From Mizuhopecten yessoensis (taxonomy: Eukaryota), in NCBI RefSeq assembly GCF_002113885.1, contig NW_018480065.1:570961-634960 (forward strand): a stretch of 64,000 nt of DNA, given 5' to 3'. The notes below the pieces were generated by a model. That model ran no database searches and was not told the origin of the DNA. It worked only from the letters and a program-made list of their open reading frames with translations. This document shows, in pieces, positions 28,786-42,724 of this stretch. Positions within the stretch are counted from its first letter, which is position 1. Each line of letters begins with the position of its first letter. A program made the translations under genes and the position numbers.

Positions 28786-31049
28786 TAACAAGTTATGGTT
28801 GCTCCAAACAATAGCACATGCTAGTTTCTCCAAAACAAAACGGCCTGTTGTGTTAATTGGATGCCATGGCATTAAATGGAAGTGAAGTGTATCTTTCAAA
28901 ATGAATAAATTACACTTGTTCGAGAGCTGTGAGTGTGTGATTAAAACTATGTAAATAATTAAACCCAGCTGTCTGAATGGGATTAAAAATAACTGAAAAT
29001 CCCAAACACAATTTCGAGAGATGTAGGAGTGTGATAGTTAAAAAACGACAAACTTTTCGAGAGCTGTCACTGTTTTTCAACATACCAGGTAACTTGTTCA
29101 GCATACACTTTACCACATGTCAACCCATTATCTTTGAAATAGTAAACATTTATAGTTGACATTCCTTTTCCACTTTTATGTTCTTGAAAGTTAAAAACAA
29201 ATTAACGTGAGGCAGATTCTTTAGTATAATATACTTGTTAACATCCTGAGATATTTTATAAGATGCTGGTGAAATGTTGATCGTCTCAGACAGGGTGCAA
29301 TCGACTACTCGTGGTTACTTACATACTTATACCAGATAGTAGACCTTCCGAAAATCTTATCGGCCGCACTCACCGCTTGCGCCGGTAGCCCATATATCCA
29401 TCCGCAAAGCTTATTGACGTATGCAAAACGTAGAGCATTCCTAAAATCTACGCCTTTTTCACGCAGTCATTTAAACACGTTTTTTTGTAAGCTAATAATG
29501 AACAATGTTTTCTATCCATCAGAAGCTCGTGAATTCTTATTGCCTTATCACCTCAGAATTCGATTAACTATGCGATAAGCTCATCAAATCACATAGAAGT
29601 AAAGACGCGATAACTATGTTTGCACTAATGGCACACGGAAAGATATCCCGCGGAAAATTGGCAATTACATCGAGCCCTGGATAATGAAGATGCATTATCA
29701 CAATTCTGAAAAGGAAAACATTTTTCGTAACAGAAGAAATATATAAGGATATGTATTTTCACCTCGTTATTTTTAAATTTCTGTTTTTAATATGTAAAGT
29801 AGTAAATTGCTACTTGATATATTGTCCCCATCTCTACAGGTTCAAGGATATCAGAGGCTGATGTTTTATATATGTTACATGATAATTTATGGGACCAATG
29901 TATTACTCCCTGCATAAGCGTTTTTTTCTTTTCTTATTGTAAAACTGAAATTACTTTTCCTTATGAAAGTCTTGTTGTCTTTATCACTTCTATCAATTCC
30001 TTTATCTATTTTCAGTAATGTATCCCTATCTACTTAATTTAGCCAATTGTCAGAAAAATGGGACCGGGTGAGTTTTATACACCAATTTTCCTAGTGTGAC
30101 AATGTTGTTGTGTAGAAATTGACCTGACTCTTGAGATGTCCTTTGTTGTTTCATGCGAAATGGCCAATGTATTGACGTTGTGGCATTTTCTTAGATTAAA
30201 TAAGTATAGCATAATAAAAACGATCATAATATCACTCTTGCACAACCAGAACGGGCATTAATAGTCTCCAAGTTTAAGAGCCGCTCAATGTATATCATGA
30301 ACAATGTTTCATACTATAACCCACAGCTATCATGGATCAATGTTTCGTGTTCATACCAATAATAATATTACGACAAATTCGTCCGTATTATCCACGATAT
30401 CGTCAGGACCAATTATGTGATATATATATTAGTTCTAATACCTCATAAACCTATAAAATTGTCCCTTGTAAACTCTACACAGAATTCTTTTCCAATGGCC
30501 GGTCAAAAGAAAAAAAGACTGATGAACGCTTAAACCGGAAAATAAACACTGATGAACGCTACCCATGCTAATCATGGTTAGCTAACATGCGAACATGCTA
30601 ACCAGCCATTTATAAATAGTGCTTTGTACGTGGTGTAAGCGAAGTATCCTTCAACCAGTCTAGTCAGTCTCTGCTTAGAGCGTCTTGTCGGATTGAATAA
30701 CCATATAAAGAAATATTTTAAAATGAAACTTAACAAAGCGTTATTTGCTATTTAGATACGTAGCATGGGAAACAACGAGTTTGACATGTAACAACAAACG
30801 ACAAATATTTAAAATAACTATCCTAGAAACAACGCCATATATGTAACAGTTCTAATGGTATGTTCGTTGAAAGATAAGCTGTGTGCAAGTCAGTGTTATA
30901 TATTCATTATATCTATTTTCAGTTCTGAATGTATCAAGTTGTGATATGAAAAAACAATATCATATTTCATTTCACTTATCAATGATTTTTGTTAAATTGT
31001 TTCATTATAGGTCACATTTCGTTAGGAAAAAATATACAAAAATGAATAA

Positions 31050-31484
31050 AGTGTCAACTTCAATTTTGTAGTTTGACCGTCCGACCTGCAGATTGATTGA
31101 TCCTGTGATCGACCCGGTGGCCTAGATGATGCGGGGCGGCACGATAATGGGATAGCACACGCCACATCAGCATGGCACGCCTGACACAGATAGCCTTCCA
31201 ATATTACAACTTGTGCAGTTCTATGTTCATTACACACAATTTGGCACATGAAGGTTGGGTGTGTGATGAATGAATGCGTTGATGCCTACTGACTATGTAG
31301 ACTGGAGAAACATTTCCTGACAGCAAACGATTAATGTCACAGCTAAATACAGCACCATTGCATGGTAAGACGGCCGTGCCTAATGCACGTTCCCGAATCA
31401 CAACACAGACAGTGTAGGCATTGCACGGATCCAACATGTCGCATGCATTTAACACGTGAGCGGGAAACAGGAGATTATTAAAAC
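31050..31484 (-). pseudogene. Decayed cysteine-rich (EGF/Sushi-like) exon
   Basis: GC-rich island after a plausible acceptor (TCTTCAG). Reads ACDMLDPCNAYTVCVV..LPC.., then after a frameshift ..QSICRSDGQTTKLKL (CCP-like C..DG.W with the W lost). Confidence 0.35.
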
Positions 31485-31693
31485 CTGAAGACTATGACAT
31501 TAGGATTGTTTATATAGGAAACATGCATTCGACCCCCAGATGGCACCAATAAACTACTAATCTAAATCAGAAGATTAACTCGTATTTTGTCTACTACTTT
31601 ACATGATGAACACACGTTCATCGAACCTCTGACATGAAATCTCACCTAAACCCAGCTAAAAGCTTGTTTTTCACTTGCTTGTGCGGTAGAATA

Positions 31694-31881
31694 TACTGTA
31701 TACTGGGAAATTATCGCTGCAATTAAGTTTCGCTTTACTTTGTTGCCCTCCGTAATGAGGGCGTATTTAGCATTACAGTGAATATTGGTAAATTACATAA
31801 TATATGTAGAAATTAACTGCGAAGGGCGAATTCAATTTAGAGCGAAAATTTGACTAGACGAAAATTCCCCGGTATGAAGTA
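31694..31881. mobile_element. TA-flanked MITE (TACTGTA termini, TTTCGC/GGGCGAA motifs; Tc1/mariner-pogo type)
   Basis: TACTGTATACTGGGAAATT...AAATTCCCCGGTATGAAGTA. Internal GCCCTC.....ATGAGGGCG is shared with the copy at 52843. Confidence 0.7.
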
Positions 31882-32246
31882 TTGCTCCGCTGCCTCGCAC
31901 TGTAGGAGAAGTAATTAATTTAAAGGACTAAGGTTTCAGCATCACATTCATTGTAACAACATAACATTTATTTCGTTAAGTAATGTGTTGTAAAACACTT
32001 CAAAGAGATTTACTTGATCAAGTTGCAATCAATCCGTGCGCGTTTGAAGCAAACTTGTTATTTTGTACATGAAAGTAAAAATGGTGGCAACTATGAATTT
32101 GAATTTCAATGCCAGCAATTTGGTGATGTCAACAAAGAGAGAAGTACATAAGGAGTTGAAAAAAAAAAATGTAAAGCAAACATTATGGCTACCCCAGGCA
32201 ACCTAGGTACAATGTAGGTGCTCTGTTTAACGTTACAAGCCCTACA

Positions 32247-32364
32247 GGGCCCACTTGTATAAAACATCTCAAAGTTAAGGAAATTCTCAAGCAATGTATT
32301 GTCTATGGGAAATCTTAGACTTGAGGAAATCTCAAGAGTTGAGATGTTTTATACAAGTGGGCCC
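32247..32364. mobile_element. 118-bp fold-back MITE (PIF/Harbinger-like)
   Basis: Perfect 26-bp TIR GGGCCCACTTGTATAAAACATCTCAA / TTGAGATGTTTTATACAAGTGGGCCC. The superfamily assignment is inference. Confidence 0.85.
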
Positions 32365-33622
32365 GGTACGCGATACACAGAGCAGCTGATTACTACAGAC
32401 AAAGTGATTCCTTTTTATCATTTCGACACACACTAATCAGTTAAGAACTCAACTTAATGAAAAACAGTTGATCACTGATCAGAGTTGTATACGACAAGCA
32501 ATTGTTGTAAATACCTACAAAATGAAAAGAAAAGAAATAAAACCATGCAAACCAGATTGTGTATATCACAGGAAACTAAATAACCGACTACAATCACTGA
32601 GGAAGTTAGAAATATAGCAGCATTTCTAAACTCAATTCAGCTCCTTTAGCATTGTCTAAGAATAACTATGCGACACAATATTCGGTAATATGGACAAAAC
32701 AATCACCTCCGATACCAATTCTGTCATTTCAAGCCAGTTTGAACACTTTGATTGATCTTTGGTTTATTTCTCATCACAATGAAATTAAGCCAGCGCCTGT
32801 CAAGGAACCTGTCACCAGACACGACATACGGCGTCTGGTATCCTGAAGTATTTGTGTGACGTCAGCATTGTGTTACGTGCAATATATACTCAATATAGCA
32901 GCATGATCCAAAACACATATTCGTGTGTTTTTAGTAATTCAGCCTTACTTTTTTATCTATCAAAACTGTTCTTAGTAATAATTGTTTAGTTATTTATTTA
33001 TTATTTTTCGGACTATTATTGATTCGATGTATTAATACATGTAACATGCTATGTGATTTGTTTGTTTATTTGGTATCTTGAGTATAGTTGCATTGCCTTT
33101 TTGTAGCTTTCCAAACGTTCCAAAAATGATTTTTGAGGTTCAAATGACAAAACGAATCTCACATTCGTTGCCATATCAGGAGATAATTATGAAATTTGTT
33201 TGGAATATTTCAATTTCGCACCGTACAGCCTCAATTTCATAACTAGTTTTATAGAAAGAAAACAAAAATTAAGCGGAAGCTAAAATAAGATCATCTGTTA
33301 TTACATAATATTCGATGTCTTACTCTCAAAATTGTCTAGCCAAATTAGATAACTCTGTCGGTTGCACTACATTTTCTTAGACCACGGCATATCAATTGAA
33401 ATTATGTTCTGTAAGCCAACATGTTTTGTCTAGGCCTGAAAACGTCAAACTATGCCTGTAATGTTACACTCACTTTGCCGCCATTATATATTGTGGCACC
33501 CTGACAATTTGGTGCCTGCATAAAAAGGATGGAAAACAGGTATCACTGTCTTTTTCTAAAGAAATACACACATGATAAATAAGTGATATTTTTTGCAGCA
33601 GAGATAGAAAAAAATAACCGAA

Positions 33623-33996
33623 TACTGTACAGTAAATAGTTCTTCCGGAGTATTTATTTTCGCTGTAATCGCGATCACCAAAGATAGCGCGTAATTAAAT
33701 ACAAAGCGAATGCAATCGATTATAATCTCCATGAATACATATTAATAAATATAGACACACAAACAAATACCAATTTACTGCCAAAAATTTTTATTCTGAA
33801 ATAATAATTCAGTATCGTATTTTCTTTTATTTTCACAAACACTTGTAAAATATACTTTATCATCCAAATACAAAAGTATTCTTTAGAGCACGATATGTTC
33901 ACCTGGCAATGTTGCGCGAAATTTAATACCCGCGAACTAGTTCTCGACTGACCAACACAAAATATTAGTCTCATGAAATTAAATAACATTACAGTA
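33623..33996. mobile_element. TA-flanked MITE, related subfamily
   Basis: TACTGTA...TACAGTA termini, with TTTTCGC at the left and GCGAAATTTAATACCCGCGAA at the right. Confidence 0.6.
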
Positions 33997-34019
33997 GAGG
34001 TTGAAGCTTGCTATCGATT

Positions 34020-34700
34020 TATCTCATCCTTTTGAATTATATATTTTAACATTCCAATTGCCACTTTAGCTGAAATTGGGAGTATAACAGCTTAAGTTAC
34101 CTATTTTTAAAACTCACGTAGAAAATGTATGCCTTAGATAACAGCAATCATTGACATATAGTTTAGGAACAGCATCTTGTTATAAATCTTACTAAGAAGC
34201 TATTCAACACAAATCATTTCTGTAAAAAACAGGGTTAAGTATCTTATCGGCTGACGTGCTGAAACGCAACGTAATCTTAATGTCGTTCATGACATCATTA
34301 AAGTTAATTAAATTAAGATAGGCTAAGAAATCTACCGCTGAAATATGCTCATCGAAAAGCTTATGAAGATTACATGTACATGTAGATTTCACGATAAACC
34401 ATGCATTTGCCTGCTCCTTTCAATTGTGTGTACGTCGTCTACAAAGCATTGCTATATTCATTCAGTCATTTACAGTGTCAGCTTTCTTCGAATTTTACCA
34501 AAATTTTAAAATCAAATGTGGATAGAAATAGAGTCAATAGTCATGTATTGATGGAGGGTGTTAATAATCTATCTTCAGGTGTTGAAATACTTACCACTAT
34601 ATGTACCCATCCTTCTTACCTACTGCATACCACAAAGTCCGATAATACTCTGGAATACTTGAAAACAATTTACCTGCTATATTTAATTGTATGATCACAT
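34020..34700 (-). mobile_element. Very decayed CR1/L2-like LINE RT fragment
   Basis: Minus-strand LINFNDVMNDIKITLRFSTSAD (about 34245-34312) resembles LIYINDI..DIKS..RLFADD. Boundaries are approximate. Confidence 0.3.
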
Positions 34701-35975
34701 AGGAGGACTAATATGGGGGCACCTGAATAATTTGGAACTTTCTAAAGTACACTCGAATTAGAGGTACAGAAGAAACCAACAATGGCGATCTTGTGGTTTA
34801 TGACTTTTCCATGTGGTTAATACTTATGTATGTAATAGTCATCCACTCGGACCGTCGTTATACATGTATGTAATCATTATACTAGCCACCCAGTGGGCCA
34901 GCTGGCATATGCTAAAATTTAAAACTGCAAACCAACTAGCGACCACTTTATACTGGATATATAACATATACGTTTTTATCTGTAATTTACATATCATATT
35001 AAAACCTTTTACAATGGGTTTGTTTCGCGAAGACTATTGCTGACTAACGGATTAGTTCCATACACAGTTCATGTTTACTAAAAACTTGGTTGCGATATAA
35101 ATACTTGCTTAAATAGAAATTACTAGAACTACGTTTTTAAGTATCTTGAATGAGGTGATGGCCCTGTATTAACGGTTTCTCTGCAGCATTAAATCTGTAT
35201 GTCGTTTTTCTGTATTTCATGTAATTGTCTAGGACCAATACACGTTATGATGTCCTCGTTCGTCCTTATGCTATCCTTGTATTATGAGAGATCGTCCATG
35301 TGCGGTATTTAGTTGTCCGTTTATAGTCCTAAAATATTATATTTTTTTCTCGAGGGAATTAGATGTTTTCCCGAACGGTTTCCTCATTATCTGGTTCTAA
35401 TTGTTACGTAACAAGGTGAGAAATACTTAAATGTACAGTTGTTAAGCATTGGAGAATATAATTATCAGTTATAAACATGTTCAATAATTGTTTGTTTACA
35501 TTTACTTATCGGACTTCTTTTAGGTGAGTTTTCATGTCGGAACTAGGAATAAAGCTCGGTTTAAATTGGTGGTCATTTTAAAATATATATTTTTAAGTTT
35601 ACCTTAATTATGTTCTGTCAAACGTACCATGTACCATTTTAGGCACCGCGAATCTTGTAAACTCGATACTATATGTTCTGCTACGGTAAAGGAATCACAC
35701 AACTAATTCAGCCATTCAAGTGTTTCATACGATTGTAGTTCCTATCTAAAATAGGTTCCGGCTAATTACTGGGCCACTGTAGGAGTTTAATAAGGAACTG
35801 ATGACAGATGTTTAGATAAATGAAATGTTTAGGTATTGAACCTTTGAAAAATTTATACTTTTGATATATTTCCATGTCTGTGTGCGAATTTGCACAGGGG
35901 CAAAATGTCTGGGGGCGTTTCTGTTTTGTGTCACCGTTTTTGCTTGTAAACTTCCGGTTGTCAACTTCTTTGCGC

Positions 35976-36729
35976 TGTGACACTCCAATATGCCACTAAA
36001 CCTACCAAAAAAGTAATTTTTTAGCCTTTGCTAGGTATGTATTTATGAATCTAGACCGTTGTCACTGGTTTTTAACTTCAAATATTAAAGTTATTAGCTA
36101 AAATGTTTGGTAATAACCAATAGTAAATGATTTAGTTGTGTGAGTCCTAAAGTATCTGGGCATTTTCGGTACTGGAGGTAGTTTTCTGTCTCGGTTTTTT
36201 TATCAGCCAATTAGGATATTAGGAATAGCTGTATATTAATTTGGGGCACATCGGGGGTATTTCCTGCCATAGCTTCGGTCACACCCTGGTTGTGGAGGTT
36301 AGTATTGTTCTTCGGTCTCAGAACAGCAAACCTTTCCTAACCGTAGATCAGACCCTATACTTCCTAGGTACGACATGTAGCCATGTAAGCGTGTAGTGAC
36401 TTCACATGATATTTCAAGAGTGGGGATTCTTTTGTTTACGTTAATAACTGTCAATGCCATACGTAGACTTATGGAACTCAGTACTTATAGAAGGTCTGTT
36501 ATTGTGATACTCAGTTGTTTGAACTAAGATAAAGAGTATATTTCATGAGAGACTTCTATATTGCTACCTAAGTTCGTACTAGTAACGTAAGCACAAATTA
36601 TAAACTGTACAAATGTGTATTTAATAAAATATCATCTGGTTGTTATTATGGTTGCTTTGTAAATAATAATTAAACATATTTAATTAATTTTACCTTTGGT
36701 GTTGTCTAATCTGTCACGTAGTGGTGACT
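35976..36729 (+). mobile_element. Candidate solo LTR
   Basis: Begins TGTGACA, contains CCAAT (about 36207), a TATA-like tract and AATAAA (36623), and ends CTGTCACGTAGTGGTGAC. No target-site duplication found. Confidence 0.3.
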
Positions 36730-37336
36730 AATATAATAAGCCTTGAAACCAGAGGCTAATGAGTGCACCTCGCTCACCAGAGGTTATGACCAAAAGTAAC
36801 CTTGCTACCAAAGGTGGAAGAGGATACCGGAGGGCTTACCAAAAGTTCACTTTACGGAACAGACTTTTTAATTGTGATAGCACGACATTTCTTAACAGTT
36901 TGGTCTTTTTGCCATGTCATCGGCGCAAACAACTGCTGCAATCTGTTACAGTGCTATAAAGTCAAAGTCAAAACAAAAGAAATCTAAACTATCATGTTCC
37001 TCGCCAGTAAAAGATATACAGAAACCCGGTCGATTAACGAAGCCATCCTGTGCGTTAATTGTATATGCTCCAGCTGCGGGCCATGCTTATCTAGACAGTG
37101 TCACAGTACACAAGGCGGAACTTTAGGAACAGGTTACCTCTCGCTCTTGGCGATAACCGATCCTATTACACCGATTATATGATGCATTCAGAAAGCTGTT
37201 GAAAAAGTGTTTCCTTTTGTTTGATAGCACCCATCTACGAATGCAAGGATATTTTTTTTGCGTTTTCCGGCTTCAGAAAAGGGTTTGGGTCGTGTTCAGG
37301 TCGGAATGACTAACTGCAATCGGAGAGCCCGTTGAA

Positions 37337-37782
37337 TGATATGTTAGGAACGCGTGCACCTCAGAGGTGTGGATGACGGGTACTGCCAAGTGGACGGAAG
37401 ATGATTGAATGCGGAACGGACGGAATGCGAATGGTATGGCACCATACGGATACGTAATGCACTTAATAAGTACACCAGCACTATAAACAAGTTTACAGTT
37501 TTCTATTCCAAATTACATTTTTTTTTAATTTATTTTTTGTAAAATACATATTGTATGTTAAAATTGTGTGATCTTGAAGAAGTACATAAGTTGTAAGATT
37601 AAACTACTTCAATATGTTTGTTATGAATTAAAGAATGCAAAAATAGTCTGCAATCTACAAAATAAAAAAACAAAACAAAAAACAAAAAAATATACCGCCA
37701 CTCTAGATAAGATTACTAATTCAGATTGATGTATATGTCTGTGGTTTTATTTAAATATAGTGTTGTTGTCATTTGATAGCGA
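37337..37782 (+). repeat. Direct duplication, copy 1 (copy 2 at 39342-39759)
   Basis: TGATATGTTAGGAACGCGTGCACCTCAGAGG...TTGTTGTCATTT.ATAGCGA present at both sites. Confidence 0.95.
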
Positions 37783-38625
37783 TATTCTGGTGAAAACATG
37801 TATACCTGGAATGTATTATGATAAACTCTGTAATCATTGGAAAACTTAAAAAGCTCGTTAAAATCTAAACCTCTTTCATCCTCATAATGGATTACATCTG
37901 ATATATAGACTCAGATAAATATAGCAAGTATGGCTCCTGTTAGAGAACCAAACTGAAATTGTTTTCGTTATTATTTTCAATAATGTTTTTAATCAAAGAT
38001 TCTTTCTTTTATCGCTCTAATATTCCTATCTCAAATTTTTGTACAATTTATTTCTTTGTAAGTCTCGCTGTATTATGATTGTGTCTCGTGCTCTTTGATC
38101 GCAATTACCTGATATTGCAACTACTTTTCTGTACAACATTACTCTTTTCAAGAATAATAGCCTAACCATGGATTTATAAACAGATTCAAGATATTTTCGA
38201 AACATTATAAGAAAGATTATATAGCATAAGACATAAAGACTATAACCTATTTAAGGACTTCTTATCTTGGTAATAATTTTGAGATTTATTTTAAAAAATT
38301 GAGAATATACTGAGATACACGTAGTTATTTTTTAAGAAAATATATTTTTTTCATATTAATATCATCATTTAGTGTTTTAATGGTTCTATAGAAATATACT
38401 TGCCCTCGATAAGCAGACTTTATCACATATTTAGTAATAATAAACGTTATCAATCGATTACGTAATCATGAAACTGTAAGATGGATAGACTTTTTAGAAC
38501 TGCATACATGTACATGTATTAACTATTCTTTATATATATATAATATGTTATTATACATTAAGTTTTCCGATGATTACAGAGTTTATAATATATATATATA
38601 TTATAATACTTTATTTTTGAACGTG

Positions 38626-38860
38626 GCAAGCAAACTTCATAGATAAGATATAAACTTTATTAATTTTGCCACAATTGTGAAACAAGGCTTTTCAACTTGT
38701 ATCAATCACTCTTGTTCCCTAGCAGGGCAGTATGCAGGGAGAAAAACTAGAGTACTCCTAGAGAGAAAACGTTGCCGACCAGGTTAACTAACTACGTCCG
38801 ATTGAGGAATCCAACACTGACCGTCTTTGTGAAAGACGAGTGCACTATCCACTGCGCCAC
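38626..38860 (-). mobile_element. Near-complete tRNA-derived V-domain SINE
   Basis: Minus-strand head GTGGCGCAGTGGATAGTGCACTCGTCTTTCAC (A box), GTTGGATTCC (B-box-like), decayed V-domain and family tail. Confidence 0.75.
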
Positions 38861-39341
38861 TCAACAATCCACTTTATTGAATGACGGGGTATTAAGAGAC
38901 GGCAAGACACGTAATAGTCTGAGGTCGGCACACTATGCGTTTTATGAATATAAGGTATATTGTAGGTCACGTGAAATTTACAAGTACACATCTTGTTGAT
39001 CATATATATATATACATATTATAAAAGAAAATTTCTCAACAACGAGTCTTTAGTACATTCATCTACTTAAAATAAAGTTTTTGTGAAGTCGATCCGTAAT
39101 TAGAAATATATTATAAAAGCAGAAAAAATGATCCTTACGGACGTAGAAATATCATAAAAAGAAAAATTCTCAACAACGAGTCTTAAGTATTTTCATCTTA
39201 ATGATGAATGACTAAAGACGAGTGCACTATCCACTGCGCCACTCAACAATCAACTTTTTTGTGGAATTTTTTTGGCCATAGTGTGCAGACCTCAGACTGT
39301 TACGTGTCTTGACAGGCAAGGCCCGCAGCTGGAGCATATAC

Positions 39342-39759
39342 TGATATGTTAGGAACGCGTGCACCTCAGAGGTGATGATAACGGATACTGCCAAGTGGAC
39401 GGAAGATGATTGAATGCGGAACGGACGGAATGGGAATGGTATAGCACCATACGGATACGTAATGCACTTAATAAGTACACCAGCACTATAAACATGTTTA
39501 CAGTTTTCTTTTCCAAATTACATAAAATGTTCTTCATTTTAGAATATATGTTAAAATTGTGTGATCTTTAAGGAGTATATTAATTGTAACATTAAAATAT
39601 TAAAATATGTGTGAATTAAATAACGCAAAAATAGTCGCAATATACAAAACAAAAACAAAACAAAAAAAGAACAAGGCCACTTTAGATAAGAATACTAATT
39701 CAGATTGATGTATATGTCTGTGGTTTATGAGATATAGGGTTGTTGTCATTTAATAGCGA
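39342..39759 (+). repeat. Direct duplication, copy 2 of 37337-37782
   Basis: Direct alignment by eye, with scattered substitutions and small indels. Confidence 0.95.
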
Positions 39760-39760
39760 C

Positions 39761-39954
39761 CAGTGTTGGATTCCTCAATCGGACGTAGTTAGTTTACCTG
39801 GTCGGCAACGTTTTCTCTCTAGGAGTACTCTAGTTTTTCCTCCCTGCATACTGCCCTCCTAGGGAACAAGAGTGATTGATAAAAGTTGAAAAGCCTTGTT
39901 TCACAATTGTGGCAAAATTAGTAAAGTTTATATCGTATCTATGAAGTTGGTTGC
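39761..39954 (+). mobile_element. Headless inverted copy of the 38626 SINE
   Basis: Reverse complement of 38626-38819, including flanking tail sequence. Confidence 0.85.
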
Positions 39955-41746
39955 GAAATATTGTCCCGTTAAAAAATATAGAGCTAGACAAGGATTAATA
40001 TATTTAAAACTTTGTTCTTAGTGTTTTCCTTCAGCTTGCTGAACCTTGATGCCGTTCTCTTCATATAACGTTCATATAGAAAAAACGAAATCAATATGGT
40101 CCTTATAGGGTTCCATACTTTAGCAACAATTGTAAAATTGCCATGATCTGTAAGAGATAGTGAGGTATCCCTCACACAAGATTTATTTTGTTATATCCAA
40201 TTATAGTGAGGGTTACATATTTAACTGATTTAAACACGTCTCCAGATTATACGTGTACATGCCGATACGCTTAAAAACTACACAAAACACATAAATTCAA
40301 ATCAGATCCAAGGACATACGATCTATACGTTATGTATTGTAAATTCTGTTTGAAATAGGTTTAGACATTAAACTTCGTTAAAATAGATCACAATGAAATA
40401 AACACCGATGAAACGCTCAACCATTATTACTCAACTGTCAAAGTGTCATGTTAAAAAGTATGGTCGTAATCTCCGATAGGGGATAAGACTGGGAATGCTC
40501 AGATCAAAATACATTTGGCAGCAAGTAGATGTTTAGAGGTTAATCAAAATAGGCTGTGTGGTTCACCACACCAAAGACATCTAGACAAACTCTCGTTTGA
40601 GGCCACAATGAGAGAAAGTCCAACTGTTAAACTGTTTGTCCATAGTTTACGGACACAATTTGATGTTTTACAGTTTACGAGATATTTGGATAAATACATA
40701 TTTTTCTAAACAAATCTAGCATTCCTTTTTATAACAAAACAAGGGTTCTAAATATTTTCTGATAAAGCGTCATAATAAAAATAATAATAATAATGATGAG
40801 ATGCATGTCCTACAATGTGCATATAATGCATAGCATAGCAAATGTAATGTAGGACAATGTATATACAAGCCTAAAGCATGCTTAAAATTAAAAACGTGTG
40901 CTTTTGTCATATTATAAATTCCTATAAGTTTACTTGGCAGTGTACTTTCAGGTAAAACATATAACATTCCATACTATAAAAAGATAACCAAATCCCAACG
41001 TTAATGTCGGAATCCTACTGAAAGTACATGTTTGTTTTATTTTATCAGAACAGTATCATATATTGTCAGTACCTTGGCGTGATTCGTTAGCCAACCTATA
41101 TACAACGTATGGCACATCCCTGACACGGGCATGCGGTAGTTTGCACTGTACACATTTGCTTTTAGCTCAGATTCTGACAAAAAAACAATGACGCCGTCGA
41201 ACTGAATAGTGAACTGAATCATTTCGCTATAATGGCGGTTTTAACACAATCCGCAAATTCTTAAATCCCGCGATTAGTTTGCTTACGTTAAATGTTATGA
41301 AATAGGAGATAAGTTATAATTATAACGAGAATGAGGTTTATTTTTTCATCCAGATGTTTAAAGACCTGTCACTGTATACTCATCGTAATGTTGACCTGTG
41401 TCCTTTATTATGCTAGATGCATCCAACCACGCATTCTGTCCAGGTAAATATAAAGTGTCCCTTAATGGATGTTGGTCATTTATTGTCCATCTCAAGTGGT
41501 CATCTTCAGTTTTTGCTGCGGAACTCCGGATGTCCTTACTCTAAAGCCAAGTAGGTGTTGGAATGACTTCAGCCCTGGAAGGAGTAGGCTATATCCGATC
41601 TTGATACTAATTCATTTACTAGCTACCAATTGCTATATAGCTTTTTAATTGTTATGTGTATTGGAAGATAACATATATTTGCTGTATGATAACTAACGTT
41701 GGCATGTAAACCAAACGGTTGGTTCTTTACCACATACACCGTCACT

Positions 41747-41821
41747 GTACCCAACTGAGAGACATTGTAGTACCCAAAACGAGACAGTACCCAAAACGAG
41801 ACATCACCCAAAAGGGGACAC
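41747..41821 (+). repeat. Short tandem GTACCCAAAACGAGACA repeats (possibly transposon subterminal motifs)
   Basis: Two exact and two degenerate copies. Confidence 0.6.
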
Positions 41822-42544
41822 TTGTTGAAAAACGGCCCAAATTTGCCTGTTATTCAAAGAGGTATATATCAAGTTGTGTATGCTAATTTCAATGAATATT
41901 GTTTTAATGTCAATTTATCATTAGCTTTATTGACTGCTGATTACGATTACACCAAAGCTTTTTAGTTATATACGTCTCTGGTAACACGGACGGTTTAAAG
42001 GAAAGTGAACGCGAAAAACTATTGGGATCACGTGGGCTTTTGAACATGTGTAACTGTATCCTTCGTTTGGACACTTTGGTGTTTTGGATTATACATGTAT
42101 TGAGGAATAACAATCAAAATAAGCAGAAGTTACATATTTCAGAGTAAAAGGGGGTTCTGATTTCTTATCTAAACTGGCACCAGTTTCGAAACGAATAAGC
42201 TTCTGAAAAATGATATCAAAATATATAGAAAGTTATAAAAAGTTATGCTTCCGTTATTATTTCTACATGTAACCTTAAATTCTCCATGTGACCTTGATGA
42301 ACAACCAATAAAGTCGATATACATTTGAATTGACAAAAACATATCATGTTGTGAAAATTGAATACATAAAATTACTTCTTTAAGTTGCATGTCAATTTTC
42401 TAGCCCTCTTTCCCCTGTCACGTTTTAGGTACAAAAACGGTAAACTGATGAATTGTTGGAACAAAGACTCAGGTGATGATCAATGTCTATTTAAGAGAAT
42501 GAACGAACGTCCTTTGGTAATATTTAATATGCATAATGTGGAGA

Positions 42545-42724
42545 GGTTGGTTTTGGCTTGGCTTGTTTTACGTCCTATTAACAGCTATGGTCATTAAAGG
42601 ACGTGACAGGATTTGGTGGTGTAGGAAAGCCGGAGTTCCCGGAGAAAACCCACCGACTTACGGCCAATACCTGGCGAGTACCCCACATAGTTCTCGAAAT
42701 ACGTAACCAAATTAGAGGGATTAG
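42545..42724 (-). mobile_element. V-domain tRNA-SINE, second family (5'-truncated)
   Basis: Minus strand GGTGGGTTTTCTCCGGGAACTCCGGCTTTCCT..., with tail GCTGTTAATAGGACGTAAAAC(AAGCC/AACC)n. Confidence 0.8.

Noticed and set aside
30515-30565. CTGATGA motifs as hammerhead ribozyme core
   Set aside because: No correctly placed GAAA and stem II; it is simply a 13-bp local duplication.
30605-30755. TATA box followed by MKLNKALFAI (signal-peptide-like start)
   Set aside because: In-frame stop after 10 codons and no splice donor.
36759-37330. Overlapping Cys-containing ORFs (THAP-like?)
   Set aside because: No consistent THAP motif could be reconstructed.
38800-38860. tRNA gene
   Set aside because: It is a SINE head: no complete cloverleaf, and it continues into a V-domain body.
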